From: a virus
Strand: one strand, 5' to 3'
Length of the DNA: 64,000 nt
Virus record (IMG/VR): IMGVR_UViG_3300027708_000021
The notes beneath the pieces are model-generated. The model had not been told where the DNA came from and made no database searches. It saw nothing but the letters and a program-made list of their open reading frames with translations. Positions 1-9,167 of the stretch are shown here, in pieces; positions within the stretch are counted from its first letter, which is position 1, and every line of letters begins with the position of its first letter. Both the position numbers and the translations under genes were made by a program.

Positions 1-1
1 A

Positions 2-73
2 GCTCCGCCATCACCCCCACCATCAGCTCCGCCATCACCCCCACCATCAGCTCCGCCATCACCCCCACCATCA
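2..73 (+). repeat. Three perfect 24-bp tandem repeats (gctccgccatcacccccaccatca) encoding APPSPPPS
   Basis: Seen at 2-25, 26-49 and 50-73; may continue upstream of the window. Confidence 0.95.
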
Positions 74-886
74 GTTGTAGCTCCTACAACTGCTCCAGTT
101 CCAGCTGCCGAAGTAGTAGCTCCGATGGTAGAAAAAATAAAAAAAGAAATATCGTCAGTACCATCAAAAGTTGGTAGCGGATTAGTAGCAGGTATGGACG
201 CTGTTAAGCAAATGATTATTCGTCATGAAGGACTAAGAACTAGACCATATAAAGATTCATTAGGTTTATGGACCGTTGGTGTTGGACACTTAATCGGTGA
301 TGGTAAATCATTACCAGCTGATATGAATAGAGAATTTAGTCAAAAAGAAGTAATGGACATGTTTGAACAAGACTTTGCTCATCATTATGGTATTGCTCAA
401 AAAACGCCAGGATGGGATAAAGCTAACGAAACTGGCAAAGGTGCTATGATTGATTTAGCATTTAATATGGGCCGTTGGTGGACTAAATTTCCAAATACAG
501 CTAAAGCATTAATGGCTGGAGATTTTTCGTCTGCTGCGGCAGGGCTAAGAGACAGCAAATGGTTTCAACAAGTAGGTAATCGCGGTAGTGAAATAGCATC
601 AATGATAGCACAAGGCGGTGGCGGCGGTAAAATGATGCAGTCGGCAGCTACAGGAGGAATATTAACTGGTCCAAAAAGTGGATATACTGCTATGCTACAT
701 GGTAATGAAGCAGTGGTGCCTTTACCAGATGGAAGAACTATTCCAATAGCAAACATGGGCGGATCAGACAATTCTTTTGAAAATAATAAGATAATTTCAA
801 TGAAGATAGCCAAATTGGATCAATTGATTAGCGGAATGATTAAAAACAACAATTTGTCAAGCAAGATATTACAGCGACAAAGTTAA
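2..886 (+). CDS. 5'-truncated tape-measure/tail-associated protein with C-terminal GH24 (T4-type) lysozyme domain
   Basis: Frame is open from position 2 (APPSPPPS x3 ...VVAPMVEK), so ATG 125 is probably internal. Catalytic pattern E-x8-D-x5-T (EGLRTRPYKDSLGLWT) and 'LRDSKWFQQVGNRG'. C-terminal 'GGILTGPKSGY..LHGNEAVVPLPDGRTIP' resembles tape-measure C-termini. Confidence 0.75.
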   Translation, partial: APPSPPPSAPPSPPPSAPPSPPPSVVAPTTAPVPAAEVVAPMVEKIKKEISSVPSKVGSGLVAGMDAVKQMIIRHEGLRTRPYKDSLGLWTVGVGHLIGDGKSLPADMNREFSQKEVMDMFEQDFAHHYGIAQKTPGWDKANETGKGAMIDLAFNMGRWWTKFPNTAKALMAGDFSSAAAGLRDSKWFQQVGNRGSEIASMIAQGGGGGKMMQSAATGGILTGPKSGYTAMLHGNEAVVPLPDGRTIPIANMGGSDNSFENNKIISMKIAKLDQLISGMIKNNNLSSKILQRQS

Positions 887-891
887 CAAAC

Positions 892-897
892 TAAATA
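892..897 (+). promoter_or_regulatory. T4-like late promoter core TAAATA before the portal gene. Also at 3475, 3803, 4106, 8176, 8967, 14094, 18126, 19947, 25683, 27003, 30929, 33960, 35115, 36486, 40336, 44689, 53968
   Basis: Recurs a short distance upstream of structural gene starts; matches the core of the T4 gp55 promoter TATAAATA. Confidence 0.7.
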
Positions 898-904
898 CAA
901 GACT

Positions 905-2740
905 ATGGCAATTAACAACGGCAAAAATGGACGCAATGGCGGCTGGAGAAAATACTTCAAAGTAGCTGATGTAAATCAGTTAGGACAATTAAGTCCGATT
1001 TCAGGCAAAAATAACTTTGGACTACCAGGGTATAATCGTCCTGGATCAGATTTTGAAAGTGGAACTCGTAATGAGTTTGCCTTTCGTAACTATGCGTCAC
1101 GCTTACCAGAAGTTTATTCAGGACATCCTAATCGATTAGAGCGTTACAATCAATATGAAAATATGGATTGCGATAGTGAAGTTAATGCCTGCTTGGATAT
1201 TATTGCTGAATTTAGCACTCAAAGTAATTTAGATAATAATACTCCTTTTGATATCGAATTTAATGATCAACCTACAGATCACGAAATTGAAATGGTTAAG
1301 AAACAACTAATACAATGGACTAAACTTAACAAATTAGACCAGCGTATGTTTAAATTATTCCGCAATACTATCAAGTATGGCGATCAAGTATTTGTGCGCG
1401 ACCCAGAAACATTTGAAATGTACTGGATTGACATGATTAAAGTAGCTCGTGTTATTGTTAATGAAAGTGAAGGCAAGCGTCCTGAACAGTATATCATTCG
1501 CGATATTAATCCCAACTTCCAAAACATGAGTATGGCAGCCAAAACAACTTCTGACTATTATGTTAGTCGTTCAACTGGCTCTGTTACTACGGGTAATAAC
1601 TATAATGCGCCAAATGGTGGAGCAGGTGGCGGTGGCGGCGGTGGAGTAGGCAATAGTCGTTTTACCCAAGCCATGAATGAATCATGTATTGATGCTAAAC
1701 ATGTTGTACATTTAAGTTTAAATGAAGGGCTAGATTACTTTTGGCCGTTTGGACAAAGTATTTTAGAAAACATTTACAAAGTTTACAAACAAAAAGAACT
1801 GTTAGAAGATTCAGTTCTTATCTATCGCGTTCAAAGAGCTCCAGAACGCCGTTTGTTTAAAATCGATGTGGGTAATATGCCCAGTCATATGGCCATGGCT
1901 TTTGTTGAGCGTGTTAAAAACGAAATGCATCAACGCCGTATTCCTACTGTAACAGGTGGCGGAGCTAACATGATGGATGCCAGTTATAATCCATTAAGTG
2001 TTAACGAAGACTATTTCTTTCCGCAAACGTCTGAAGGACGGGGCAGTTCTGTAGAAGTTCTGCCCGGCGGTCAGAATTTAGGTGAGATTGACGACTTAAA
2101 ATATTTTAACAACAAAATGGCCCGCGGTTTGCGTGTACCAAGTAGCTACTTGCCAACAGGCCCAGACGATTCTGGCGCCGCAATGAATGATGGTAAAGTA
2201 GGTACAGCATTAATTCAAGAATTCCGATTTAACAAGTATTGTGAACGCTTACAAAAGCTGATTATGCAAAAGTTAGATGACGAATTTAAATTGTTTTTAC
2301 GCTGGAGAGGCTTCAACATTGACAGCGGAATCTTTAGTATTAATTTATCTGAGCCACAAAATTTTGCCAGCTACCGTCAATCAGAACTTGATACAGCTCG
2401 TGTTGCTACCTTTTCAGCTATTGAACCGTTGCCATATATGAGTAAACGCTTTTTGCTTAAACGATATTTAGGTTTAACTGATGAAGAAATTCTTGAAAAT
2501 GAAACATTGTGGCAAGAAGAACGCGATGTAGCTAGTCAGATAAAAGCACAAGGTAAAGATCTGCGTAATGTTGGAGTAATGCCATCTGCCATGGATGCAG
2601 ACATTGCCACTGGCGCAGAAATGGCTGATTCTGGGTTAGGTACAGCAGAAACCGATACCGGAGCTGGCCCTGGCGAAATGCCTGCTACTCCTCCTGGTGG
2701 CTCAGCAGGTAGCCCAGCGGCTACTGGTGCCGGCGCTTAA
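905..2740 (+). CDS. gp20: Portal protein (T4 gp20-like)
   Basis: Motifs 'LLEDSVLIYRVQRAPERRLFKIDVGNMP', 'EDYFFP..GRGSSVEVLPGGQNLGEIDDLKYF..K..RGLRVPSS', 'EFRFNKYCERLQ'. Confidence 0.95.
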   Translation: MAINNGKNGRNGGWRKYFKVADVNQLGQLSPISGKNNFGLPGYNRPGSDFESGTRNEFAFRNYASRLPEVYSGHPNRLERYNQYENMDCDSEVNACLDIIAEFSTQSNLDNNTPFDIEFNDQPTDHEIEMVKKQLIQWTKLNKLDQRMFKLFRNTIKYGDQVFVRDPETFEMYWIDMIKVARVIVNESEGKRPEQYIIRDINPNFQNMSMAAKTTSDYYVSRSTGSVTTGNNYNAPNGGAGGGGGGGVGNSRFTQAMNESCIDAKHVVHLSLNEGLDYFWPFGQSILENIYKVYKQKELLEDSVLIYRVQRAPERRLFKIDVGNMPSHMAMAFVERVKNEMHQRRIPTVTGGGANMMDASYNPLSVNEDYFFPQTSEGRGSSVEVLPGGQNLGEIDDLKYFNNKMARGLRVPSSYLPTGPDDSGAAMNDGKVGTALIQEFRFNKYCERLQKLIMQKLDDEFKLFLRWRGFNIDSGIFSINLSEPQNFASYRQSELDTARVATFSAIEPLPYMSKRFLLKRYLGLTDEEILENETLWQEERDVASQIKAQGKDLRNVGVMPSAMDADIATGAEMADSGLGTAETDTGAGPGEMPATPPGGSAGSPAATGAGA

Positions 2741-2759
2741 TCAAAATATCAAATAGTAG

Positions 2760-2788
2760 TTGACAAGTAGTAAAATATCTGTTATTAT
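2760..2788 (+). promoter_or_regulatory. Sigma70-type promoter TTGACA-N17-TATTAT with extended -10 (TG)
   Basis: TTGACA 2760-2765, TG 2780-2781, TATTAT 2783-2788, ending 22 nt before ATG 2811. Confidence 0.75.
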
Positions 2789-2810
2789 CTATACATAACC
2801 TAGGAAAATT

Positions 2811-3524
2811 ATGGCAAGCAAAGTAGAAATCATCGGGGACGACTCATCTAGTCAAACAACTCAAGCTAATCAATTACAGTTGAATGAGTGGCATTATTTT
2901 ACTTCTGCTGTATATACTGTACAAAAGCCAGAATTTCTTAAAGACGTTAATAAAATTTCTAGAGAATATGTCAATCGCATTAAAAAAAATAGCAAGTTAG
3001 ATGAGATATATCCTGTTTATATGTCTGAAAATATGTACACAGATCCTAGACTTGGCGAGTTTACAAATTTTATAGCATACATATCTAAAGATATTTTAAC
3101 TAGACAAGGATATAATTTAACAAACTTGGATGTAGCGTTTTTTGAAATGTGGACACAAGAACATTATAAATTTTCTGGACAAGAAGAACATGTACATCCT
3201 GGCAGTCAGATTTCTGGATTTTATTTTTTAGATGTTCCTAAAAATTCGACCAGAGTTATCATACATGACCCAAGACCAGCTAAGATATTTTCAAATCTTC
3301 CTGAACAAGACATGTCATTAGCTACATATGGCAGTACTATGATTAATTTTATGCCAGAAGCTGGTACTATGATGTTTACTAATTCGTGGTTACCACATTC
3401 ATTTACTAAGAATCCTGCCGATAAACCATTTAGATTCATACATTTTAACTTGGGTGTAGTGGCTAAACAACAAATAAATACACAAGTTAGCGCAGGACCA
3501 GGCGCACAAGCTAGTATAATATGA
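2811..3524 (+). CDS. 2OG-Fe(II) oxygenase (TIGR02466/2OG-FeII_Oxy_5-like)
   Basis: 'HVHPGSQISGFYFL', 'DPRP', 'FTNSWLPHSF', 'RFIHFN'. Confidence 0.8.
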   Translation: MASKVEIIGDDSSSQTTQANQLQLNEWHYFTSAVYTVQKPEFLKDVNKISREYVNRIKKNSKLDEIYPVYMSENMYTDPRLGEFTNFIAYISKDILTRQGYNLTNLDVAFFEMWTQEHYKFSGQEEHVHPGSQISGFYFLDVPKNSTRVIIHDPRPAKIFSNLPEQDMSLATYGSTMINFMPEAGTMMFTNSWLPHSFTKNPADKPFRFIHFNLGVVAKQQINTQVSAGPGAQASII

Positions 3525-3772
3525 ACAAATATCTAATCCGTTTTAATAAATCTAGAGGACAACCTGGTAGAGGCTCCAAAGATCATGCTTGGCGCATATT
3601 CGAAGGTGATAAAGAATATATTGTTAAACATGTTGTCTTAGAAGTTCCCTGTCGTGACGAAATATCTGGCGATGGCCTAGGAAATGACGACTGGAATTTT
3701 GCTTGCACAGCATACATGAGTGTAGATAAAGCTACATCTACTGCTACTTTTACAGCTAAAAAACCCAAATAA
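3521..3772 (+). CDS. Hypothetical protein, 83 aa
   Basis: ATGA overlap with the upstream oxygenase; TAAATA at 3475. Confidence 0.7.
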   Translation: MNKYLIRFNKSRGQPGRGSKDHAWRIFEGDKEYIVKHVVLEVPCRDEISGDGLGNDDWNFACTAYMSVDKATSTATFTAKKPK

Positions 3773-3815
3773 AATCAAATATTCACTTTAAAATATAATG
3801 GCTAAATACTAAGCT

Positions 3816-4034
3816 ATGATTTTAAATGAACTCTACGAAAAAAGTCCTTCAGCATATCAGGACTTAAATGACGATAATTCGCAACCAGAAATGGGTCAAC
3901 TGCGTAAGACTCGCCTTACATTAAAGCAAATTCGCAAGTTAAGACAGATGAACGAACTACGCGAAATTGAATTTAAAGACAAATTAAAATATGTCAATAT
4001 GCAATATGCTCCTCCCCCAGAGCCAGCGGTGTAA
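3816..4034 (+). CDS. Small head-module protein, function unknown
   Basis: TAAATA at 3803; lies between portal and core genes; basic helical 'RKTRLTLKQIRKLRQM'. Confidence 0.7.
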   Translation: MILNELYEKSPSAYQDLNDDNSQPEMGQLRKTRLTLKQIRKLRQMNELREIEFKDKLKYVNMQYAPPPEPAV

Positions 4035-4140
4035 TCTTTTTTAATAAAAGTTACATAAAACACCTACTTTTCTCCCTATAATACACTAGTATTACTTTAC
4101 TTTAGTAAATAAAGTACGAGCCATTCTAAAGGAGAAATAA

Positions 4141-5076
4141 ATGACATCGAAATTTGAACAATTGATTGAATATGTAATCAATGATGACGAAGCGAAAGCT
4201 AAAGAATTATTCCATGATATCGTAGTTGAGAAATCACGCGAAATCTATGAGAATTTAATGAACGAAGAGTCTGATGCTGAAGAAGACGATCACGCTGAAC
4301 GTGCCGGCAAAAAAGTTGCCAAAGACATCGAGTATGATGACGAAAAAGATCGCACAGACGAAGATGAAGAAGGTGAAGAAGAGCCTATCGAAGAAGACAT
4401 GGACGATTCATCTGGGTCTGCTAGCCAAGATTTAATGCGCGAAGTTGAAACAGAGGAGCAAGGCATGACCGAAGAGTCCGATGCTGAGTTTGATGACGAA
4501 GCTGAAGAAGATGGCGAAGATTTAACTAAAGACATGGAACACGATCATGACGCAGAAGGCGATATTGAAGATCGCGTAGTCGATTTAGAAGATAAATTGG
4601 ACGAATTAATGGCTGAATTTGAAGCTCTTATGGGCGACGAAGCTGGTGAAGGACACGGCGATGACGAGTTCGATATGGAGCCAGTAGACGGTGAAGTAGG
4701 CGGTGACGCATACGCAGATGATGACACAAGTGAATTCCAAGACATGCCAATGAGCGAAAATATTAGTTTAGCTAAAGTTGCGGCCCCAACACACGGCGAC
4801 AACGGTGCTAACTCTAAGAGCCCAGTAGCAGCCAATTCAGGCGCAGCTGGCATGGCCGCAAAGCCAGTCCGTAACACAGCAACTGAAGCAAATCCAGATG
4901 GCACATCAGCTTATAAAGCTCCAACAAGCTATGCTGACAAAGGCCGTGGAAATTTGCCAGGCGCAGGACAGTTTAAAAATGTACCAGCTAAGAACGGCAG
5001 TAAGTTAGAAGCCGCTCCTAAGCCAAAGTTTGACCAAGGTGGTCAAAACACACGCACACCTTTTCCAAAAGGTTAA
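4141..5076 (+). CDS. Highly acidic putative prohead core protein
   Basis: Very D/E-rich, strong SD (AAGGAG), immediately before the protease as T4 gp67/gp68 are. Confidence 0.65.
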   Translation: MTSKFEQLIEYVINDDEAKAKELFHDIVVEKSREIYENLMNEESDAEEDDHAERAGKKVAKDIEYDDEKDRTDEDEEGEEEPIEEDMDDSSGSASQDLMREVETEEQGMTEESDAEFDDEAEEDGEDLTKDMEHDHDAEGDIEDRVVDLEDKLDELMAEFEALMGDEAGEGHGDDEFDMEPVDGEVGGDAYADDDTSEFQDMPMSENISLAKVAAPTHGDNGANSKSPVAANSGAAGMAAKPVRNTATEANPDGTSAYKAPTSYADKGRGNLPGAGQFKNVPAKNGSKLEAAPKPKFDQGGQNTRTPFPKG

Positions 5077-5085
5077 TCCATAGAT

Positions 5086-5748
5086 ATGGCTCGCAACACT
5101 TATCTCAAGGAACATCTTAGCTTTACTCAGGCAGAGGTTAAACTCTTGTCTGAGGAAGCAGAAGATGGTTCTGGTAAGAAAATCAAAACCCTCTATATGG
5201 AGGGAATTTGTATTCAAGGCGATAAGTTGAATGCAAATGAGCGTATCTATCCAGCAAGAGAAATTGCTACTGCTGTTCAAACCATCAACGAACAACTTAA
5301 AACAGGTCACTCTGTATTAGGTGAAGTAGATCACCCAGATGATTTAAAAATTAATTTAGATCGTGTAAGTCACATGATTGAAAAAATGTGGATGAATGGC
5401 GCAGACGGCTATGGCAAACTTAAAATATTACCTACACCAATGGGCGAACTAGTTAAGACTATGTTAGACTCTGGTGTTAAACTAGGGGTTAGTAGTCGTG
5501 GATCAGGAAACGTCGACGACAGAACCGGACATGTCAGTGACTTTGAAATAGTCACTGTTGATGTAGTTGCTCAGCCAAGTGCTCCAAACGCATATCCAAC
5601 AGCAATTTACGAAGGTTTGTTAAATCACACCGGCGGACAAAAGATTTTGGAAATGTTCAAGGACCCAGCTAAAAGCAACAAAGCACAAAGATACGTACAG
5701 AACGAAGTAATTCGACTAATACGTGGTCTTAAGATTGAAGGGAAATAA
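5086..5748 (+). CDS. gp21: Prohead protease (T4 gp21-like)
   Basis: 'NANERIYP', 'LGEVDHP', 'INLDRVSH', 'LGVSSRGSG', 'DVVAQPSAPNAY'. Confidence 0.95.
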   Translation: MARNTYLKEHLSFTQAEVKLLSEEAEDGSGKKIKTLYMEGICIQGDKLNANERIYPAREIATAVQTINEQLKTGHSVLGEVDHPDDLKINLDRVSHMIEKMWMNGADGYGKLKILPTPMGELVKTMLDSGVKLGVSSRGSGNVDDRTGHVSDFEIVTVDVVAQPSAPNAYPTAIYEGLLNHTGGQKILEMFKDPAKSNKAQRYVQNEVIRLIRGLKIEGK

Positions 5749-5749
5749 A

Positions 5750-6847
5750 ATGCTAGACGCACTAAAGCCGTTGTTAGATAGTGAGTTAGTTACCGAAGAA
5801 GCGAAAGCTGAAATCAACGAAGCTTGGGAAGCCAAGATTGTTGAAGCTAAGGAACTAGCACGTGCAGAACTCCGCGAAGAGTTTGCACAACGCTATGAGC
5901 ATGACAAACAAGTGATGGTCGAAGCCCTTGATCGCATGGTATCAGAAAGTCTCATCGCAGAAGTTCAACAGTTACGAGCAGAAAAATCTGCTCTTGCTGA
6001 AGATCGTGTTAAATTCCAACGCAAAATTAAAGAAGACGCCAACAAGTTTAATAGCTTTATGGTTTCCAAATTAGCGGAAGAAATTGGCGAACTGCGTAGA
6101 GATCGTAAAACACATAACGAAGGCCTTAAGAAGTTAGAAGGTTTCATCGTTCATGCGTTAGCTAGTGAAATCCAAGAATTTGCCCAAGACAAGCGCGATG
6201 TAGTTGAAACTAAAGTTCGTTTAGTTACAAATGCTCGTAGCCAGTTAGAAGGCTTAAAAGCACGTTTCGTAAAAGAATCTGCTCAAAAGATGACACAAGC
6301 TGTATCCAAGCATCTCAAGGCTGAATTAAGTAGTCTGAAAGAAGATATCCAAGTTGCTCGCGAGAACAATTTTGGACGTCGTATTTTTGAAGCATACTCA
6401 GCTGAATTTGGCGCAACTCATTTAAATGAGAAAGCGGAAGTTCGCAAGTTACATAATATGCTAGCTCAAAAAGATCAGAAGATTGCTGAAGCCATCAAAT
6501 TCGCCAAGAAAGCAACTGTTCTTGTCGAATCCAAGGAACGTGAAGTACGCATCCTTAAAGAGTCCAATGAGCGCACCCGCACAATGGATGACCTGTTAGC
6601 TCCTTTAAACGAGGAAAAAGCAGAAGTAATGCGTAATTTACTCGAAAGCGTTCAGACTACCCGTCTAAAGAACGCATTTGAAAAGTATCTTCCAGCTGTT
6701 TTGGAAAATCGTTCAGTAAAAGCTCGTAAAACAGTGATTACAGAATCATTAACCGAAGTAACTGGCGATAAATCTGCCCGTAGCCAAGAGCAAGATGAGC
6801 TGAGCGAAAGCAATGTCATCGACTTAAAGCGTTTGGCAGGGCTGTAA
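5750..6847 (+). CDS. gp22: Prohead core/scaffolding protein (T4 gp22-like)
   Basis: Long coiled-coil, E/K-rich protein between protease and MCP. Real start is probably ATG 5750 (MLDALK), not GTG 5723. Confidence 0.8.
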   Translation: MLDALKPLLDSELVTEEAKAEINEAWEAKIVEAKELARAELREEFAQRYEHDKQVMVEALDRMVSESLIAEVQQLRAEKSALAEDRVKFQRKIKEDANKFNSFMVSKLAEEIGELRRDRKTHNEGLKKLEGFIVHALASEIQEFAQDKRDVVETKVRLVTNARSQLEGLKARFVKESAQKMTQAVSKHLKAELSSLKEDIQVARENNFGRRIFEAYSAEFGATHLNEKAEVRKLHNMLAQKDQKIAEAIKFAKKATVLVESKEREVRILKESNERTRTMDDLLAPLNEEKAEVMRNLLESVQTTRLKNAFEKYLPAVLENRSVKARKTVITESLTEVTGDKSARSQEQDELSESNVIDLKRLAGL

Positions 6848-6871
6848 AAAGAAAAGAAAAAGGAGACTTAA

Positions 6872-8068
6872 ATGTCACAAGATTTATTAGAAAGCCGTTG
6901 GGGCGAAACCAAAGATGCGTTGCTTGAAGGCCTAGGCGGTTCCAAGCGCAATTCAATGAGTGTAATCCTAGAAAATACACGCAAGTATTTGAAAGAGAAC
7001 GCAAGTTCAGGTTCAACAGCAAGTGGTAACATTGCTACATTGAATCGTGTTATTCTCCCAGTAATCCGTCGTGTAATGCCAACCGTTATCGCTAACGAGT
7101 TGGTTGGTGTACAGCCAATGACTGGTCCTGTAAGCCAAATCCACACATTACGTGTACGCTATGCTCAGAGTTTAACTGATAATAGTTTAGCCGCTACTTC
7201 TGTAACAGCTGGTCAAGAAGCTTTAAGCCCATTCACCATTGCTACAGCATACTCTACAGTTCCACAAGGTACTACTACTGCTACTGGTTATACTGGTAAC
7301 AATACAGCCACTATGGAAGGTACAGGCGGTAAGCAGATCTCCATCCAGATCTTGAAACAAGCTGTTGAAGCTAAGACACGTAAGTTACAAGCTCGTTGGA
7401 CATTTGAAAGTGCTCAAGACGCACAAGCTATGCATGGTATCGATGTAGAAGCTGAAATCATGGCCGCATTGGCTCAAGAGATCACAGCTGAGATCGACCA
7501 AGAGATTTTATTATCTTTAAGTGCATTGGCTGCTACAGAGTACACATACAACCAAGCTACAGTTTCAGGTACAGCTACATTCGTTGGTGACGAGCATGCC
7601 GCTTTGGCAGTTCTTATCAATCGTGTTGCTAACTTGATCGCTCAGCGCACACGTCGTGGCGCAGGTAACTGGGCTGTTGTATCAAGTGCTGCTTTAACAG
7701 TATTGCAAAGTGCTACAACAAGTGCGTTTGCTCGTACAACAGAAGGTACATTCGAAGCACCTACAAACACCAAGTTTGTTGGTACATTGAACGGTAGTTT
7801 ACGTGTATTCGTAAACAGCTATGCTCCAGATACACAATCAGTGTTAGTTGGTTACAAAGGTTCTTCAGAGGCTGATGCCGCTGCGTTCTATTGCCCATAC
7901 ATTCCATTGATGAGCTCTGGTGTTGTATTGGATCCGACAACATTCGAACCAGTCGTATCATTTATGACTCGCTACGGATTCGTAGAATTAACAAATACTG
8001 CAAGTTCGTTTGGTAATGCTGCCGATTATGTAGGCGAGATAGCAGTGCAAAACTTGTCATTCTCTTAA
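6872..8068 (+). CDS. gp23: Major capsid protein (T4 gp23-like)
   Basis: 'VIRRVMPTVIANELVGVQPMTGP', 'AKTRKLQARWTFE', 'EITAEIDQE', 'FYCPYIPL', 'MTRYG'; SD AAGGAG. Confidence 0.97.
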   Translation: MSQDLLESRWGETKDALLEGLGGSKRNSMSVILENTRKYLKENASSGSTASGNIATLNRVILPVIRRVMPTVIANELVGVQPMTGPVSQIHTLRVRYAQSLTDNSLAATSVTAGQEALSPFTIATAYSTVPQGTTTATGYTGNNTATMEGTGGKQISIQILKQAVEAKTRKLQARWTFESAQDAQAMHGIDVEAEIMAALAQEITAEIDQEILLSLSALAATEYTYNQATVSGTATFVGDEHAALAVLINRVANLIAQRTRRGAGNWAVVSSAALTVLQSATTSAFARTTEGTFEAPTNTKFVGTLNGSLRVFVNSYAPDTQSVLVGYKGSSEADAAAFYCPYIPLMSSGVVLDPTTFEPVVSFMTRYGFVELTNTASSFGNAADYVGEIAVQNLSFS

Positions 8069-8105
8069 TCCAAAAGATACAAAGAGTTTTACAAAAAGCA
8101 ATATC

Positions 8106-8131
8106 AAAAAAGCAACTTCGGTTGCTTTTTT
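8106..8131 (+). terminator. Intrinsic terminator after MCP (AAAAAAGCAAC-TTCG-GTTGCTTTTTT)
   Basis: Perfect stem with UUCG tetraloop and U-tract. Confidence 0.9.
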
Positions 8132-8132
8132 G

Positions 8133-8161
8133 TTGACTATTAACTCTAAATATGCTATTAT
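8133..8161 (+). promoter_or_regulatory. Sigma70-type promoter TTGACT-N17-TATTAT with extended -10, for the endonuclease
   Basis: TTGACT 8133-8138, TG 8153-8154, TATTAT 8156-8161. Confidence 0.6.
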
Positions 8162-8186
8162 GGAGCTAACTAACATAAATAAACAT

Positions 8187-8930
8187 ATGAACAAATACAC
8201 AAAATGGTATAATAATATTACCGATAAAGCTAAAAATAGAAAATTGGATTGCTATACTGAGTCACATCATATCAAACCCCGCAGTATGGGCGGACTAGAT
8301 ACACCAGACAACCTAGTTGACCTTACTCCCCGAGAACATTTTATCTGTCATTGGTTATTAGTTAAAATGACTACAGGTAAAAATCATCATAAAATGTTAA
8401 ATGCCTTGAGAATGATGAGGGCTGAAAATCTAAATCAAGAAAGATACACTACTAAAATTACCGCTAGAGTATATGAAAGTATTAAACAAGAATATTCTGA
8501 ATTACAAAGTAAAAAATTTACAGGTAAAGGTAATGGTATGTTTGGTAAACAACATACACAAGAAGCTAAAGATAAAATAAGACAAAAAAATCTTGGTAAA
8601 AAATTAACGGCAGAACAAATAGAAAATCTTAAAAGAGCTGTTACTGGTAAAAAGAAACCTCCATTTACCGATGAACACAAAGCAAAATTGTCAGCCGCAG
8701 GATCTGGAAAAAATAATGCTAATTACGGAAAAACAGCATCAGAAGAAACTCGCAAGAAGATAGGTGATAGGATTCGTGGTCGTAAGCAAACTTCTGAAGA
8801 ACGATTAGCCAGAGGACTGGCTAACATAGGTAAAAAGCGTGAAAAGAAACTTTGTATTCATTGTAGTCAATTAATAGCAGTAAACACTTACCCCCGTTTC
8901 CACGGCGCCAACTGTAAACAAAAGCCTTAA
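8187..8930 (+). mobile_element. Free-standing HNH homing endonuclease with NUMOD3 repeats
   Basis: 'ESHHIKPRSMGG.D..DNLV.LT.REHFICHWLL' HNH core; repeats 'MFGKQHTQEAKDKIR' and 'YGKTASEETRKKIG'; C-terminal CxxC..HG.NC. Likely start is ATG 8187. Confidence 0.9.
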
Positions 8931-8969
8931 TACGCTCGCTGGCACGGCACAAACTGCCGAATCCGCTAA
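8931..8969 (+). pseudogene. Relic C-terminus of a second HNH/NUMOD3 endonuclease (YARWHGTNCRIR*)
   Basis: In frame right after the stop at 8928-8930; aligns with the intact gene's end YPRFHGANCKQKP*. Confidence 0.65.
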
Positions 8970-8995
8970 ATAAGTGTTAGTAAAGGACATCAATC

Positions 8996-9142
8996 ATGGG
9001 GTTGGAAATTGGCGGTGGCATCACAATAGGCGGCGGCATCGTAATAACCTTGACACCGGCTGACCCTGCCAACTACATTTGTACAGAATTGGATCAACGC
9101 CTGCTGACTGAAGACAGCAACAATCTGATAACAGAGTCATAG
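8996..9142 (+). CDS. 48-aa protein missing from the ORF track (MGLEIGGGITIGGGIVITLTPADPANYICTELDQRLLTEDSNNLITES)
   Basis: SD AAAGGA, TAAATA at 8967; N-terminus resembles the tag on the adhesin-like genes. Confidence 0.75.
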   Translation: MGLEIGGGITIGGGIVITLTPADPANYICTELDQRLLTEDSNNLITES

Positions 9143-9167
9143 CCACTATAATATAAAAGGAAACAAA

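Noticed and set aside
8130-8186. TTG start at 8130 for the endonuclease (and GTG 5723 for the scaffold)
   Set aside because: 8130 lies in the terminator/promoter region and 5723 overlaps the protease gene; ATG 8187 and ATG 5750 fit better.
6872-8930. Intron or intein linking the MCP and the endonuclease
   Set aside because: The MCP is uninterrupted and followed by a terminator; the endonuclease is free-standing.
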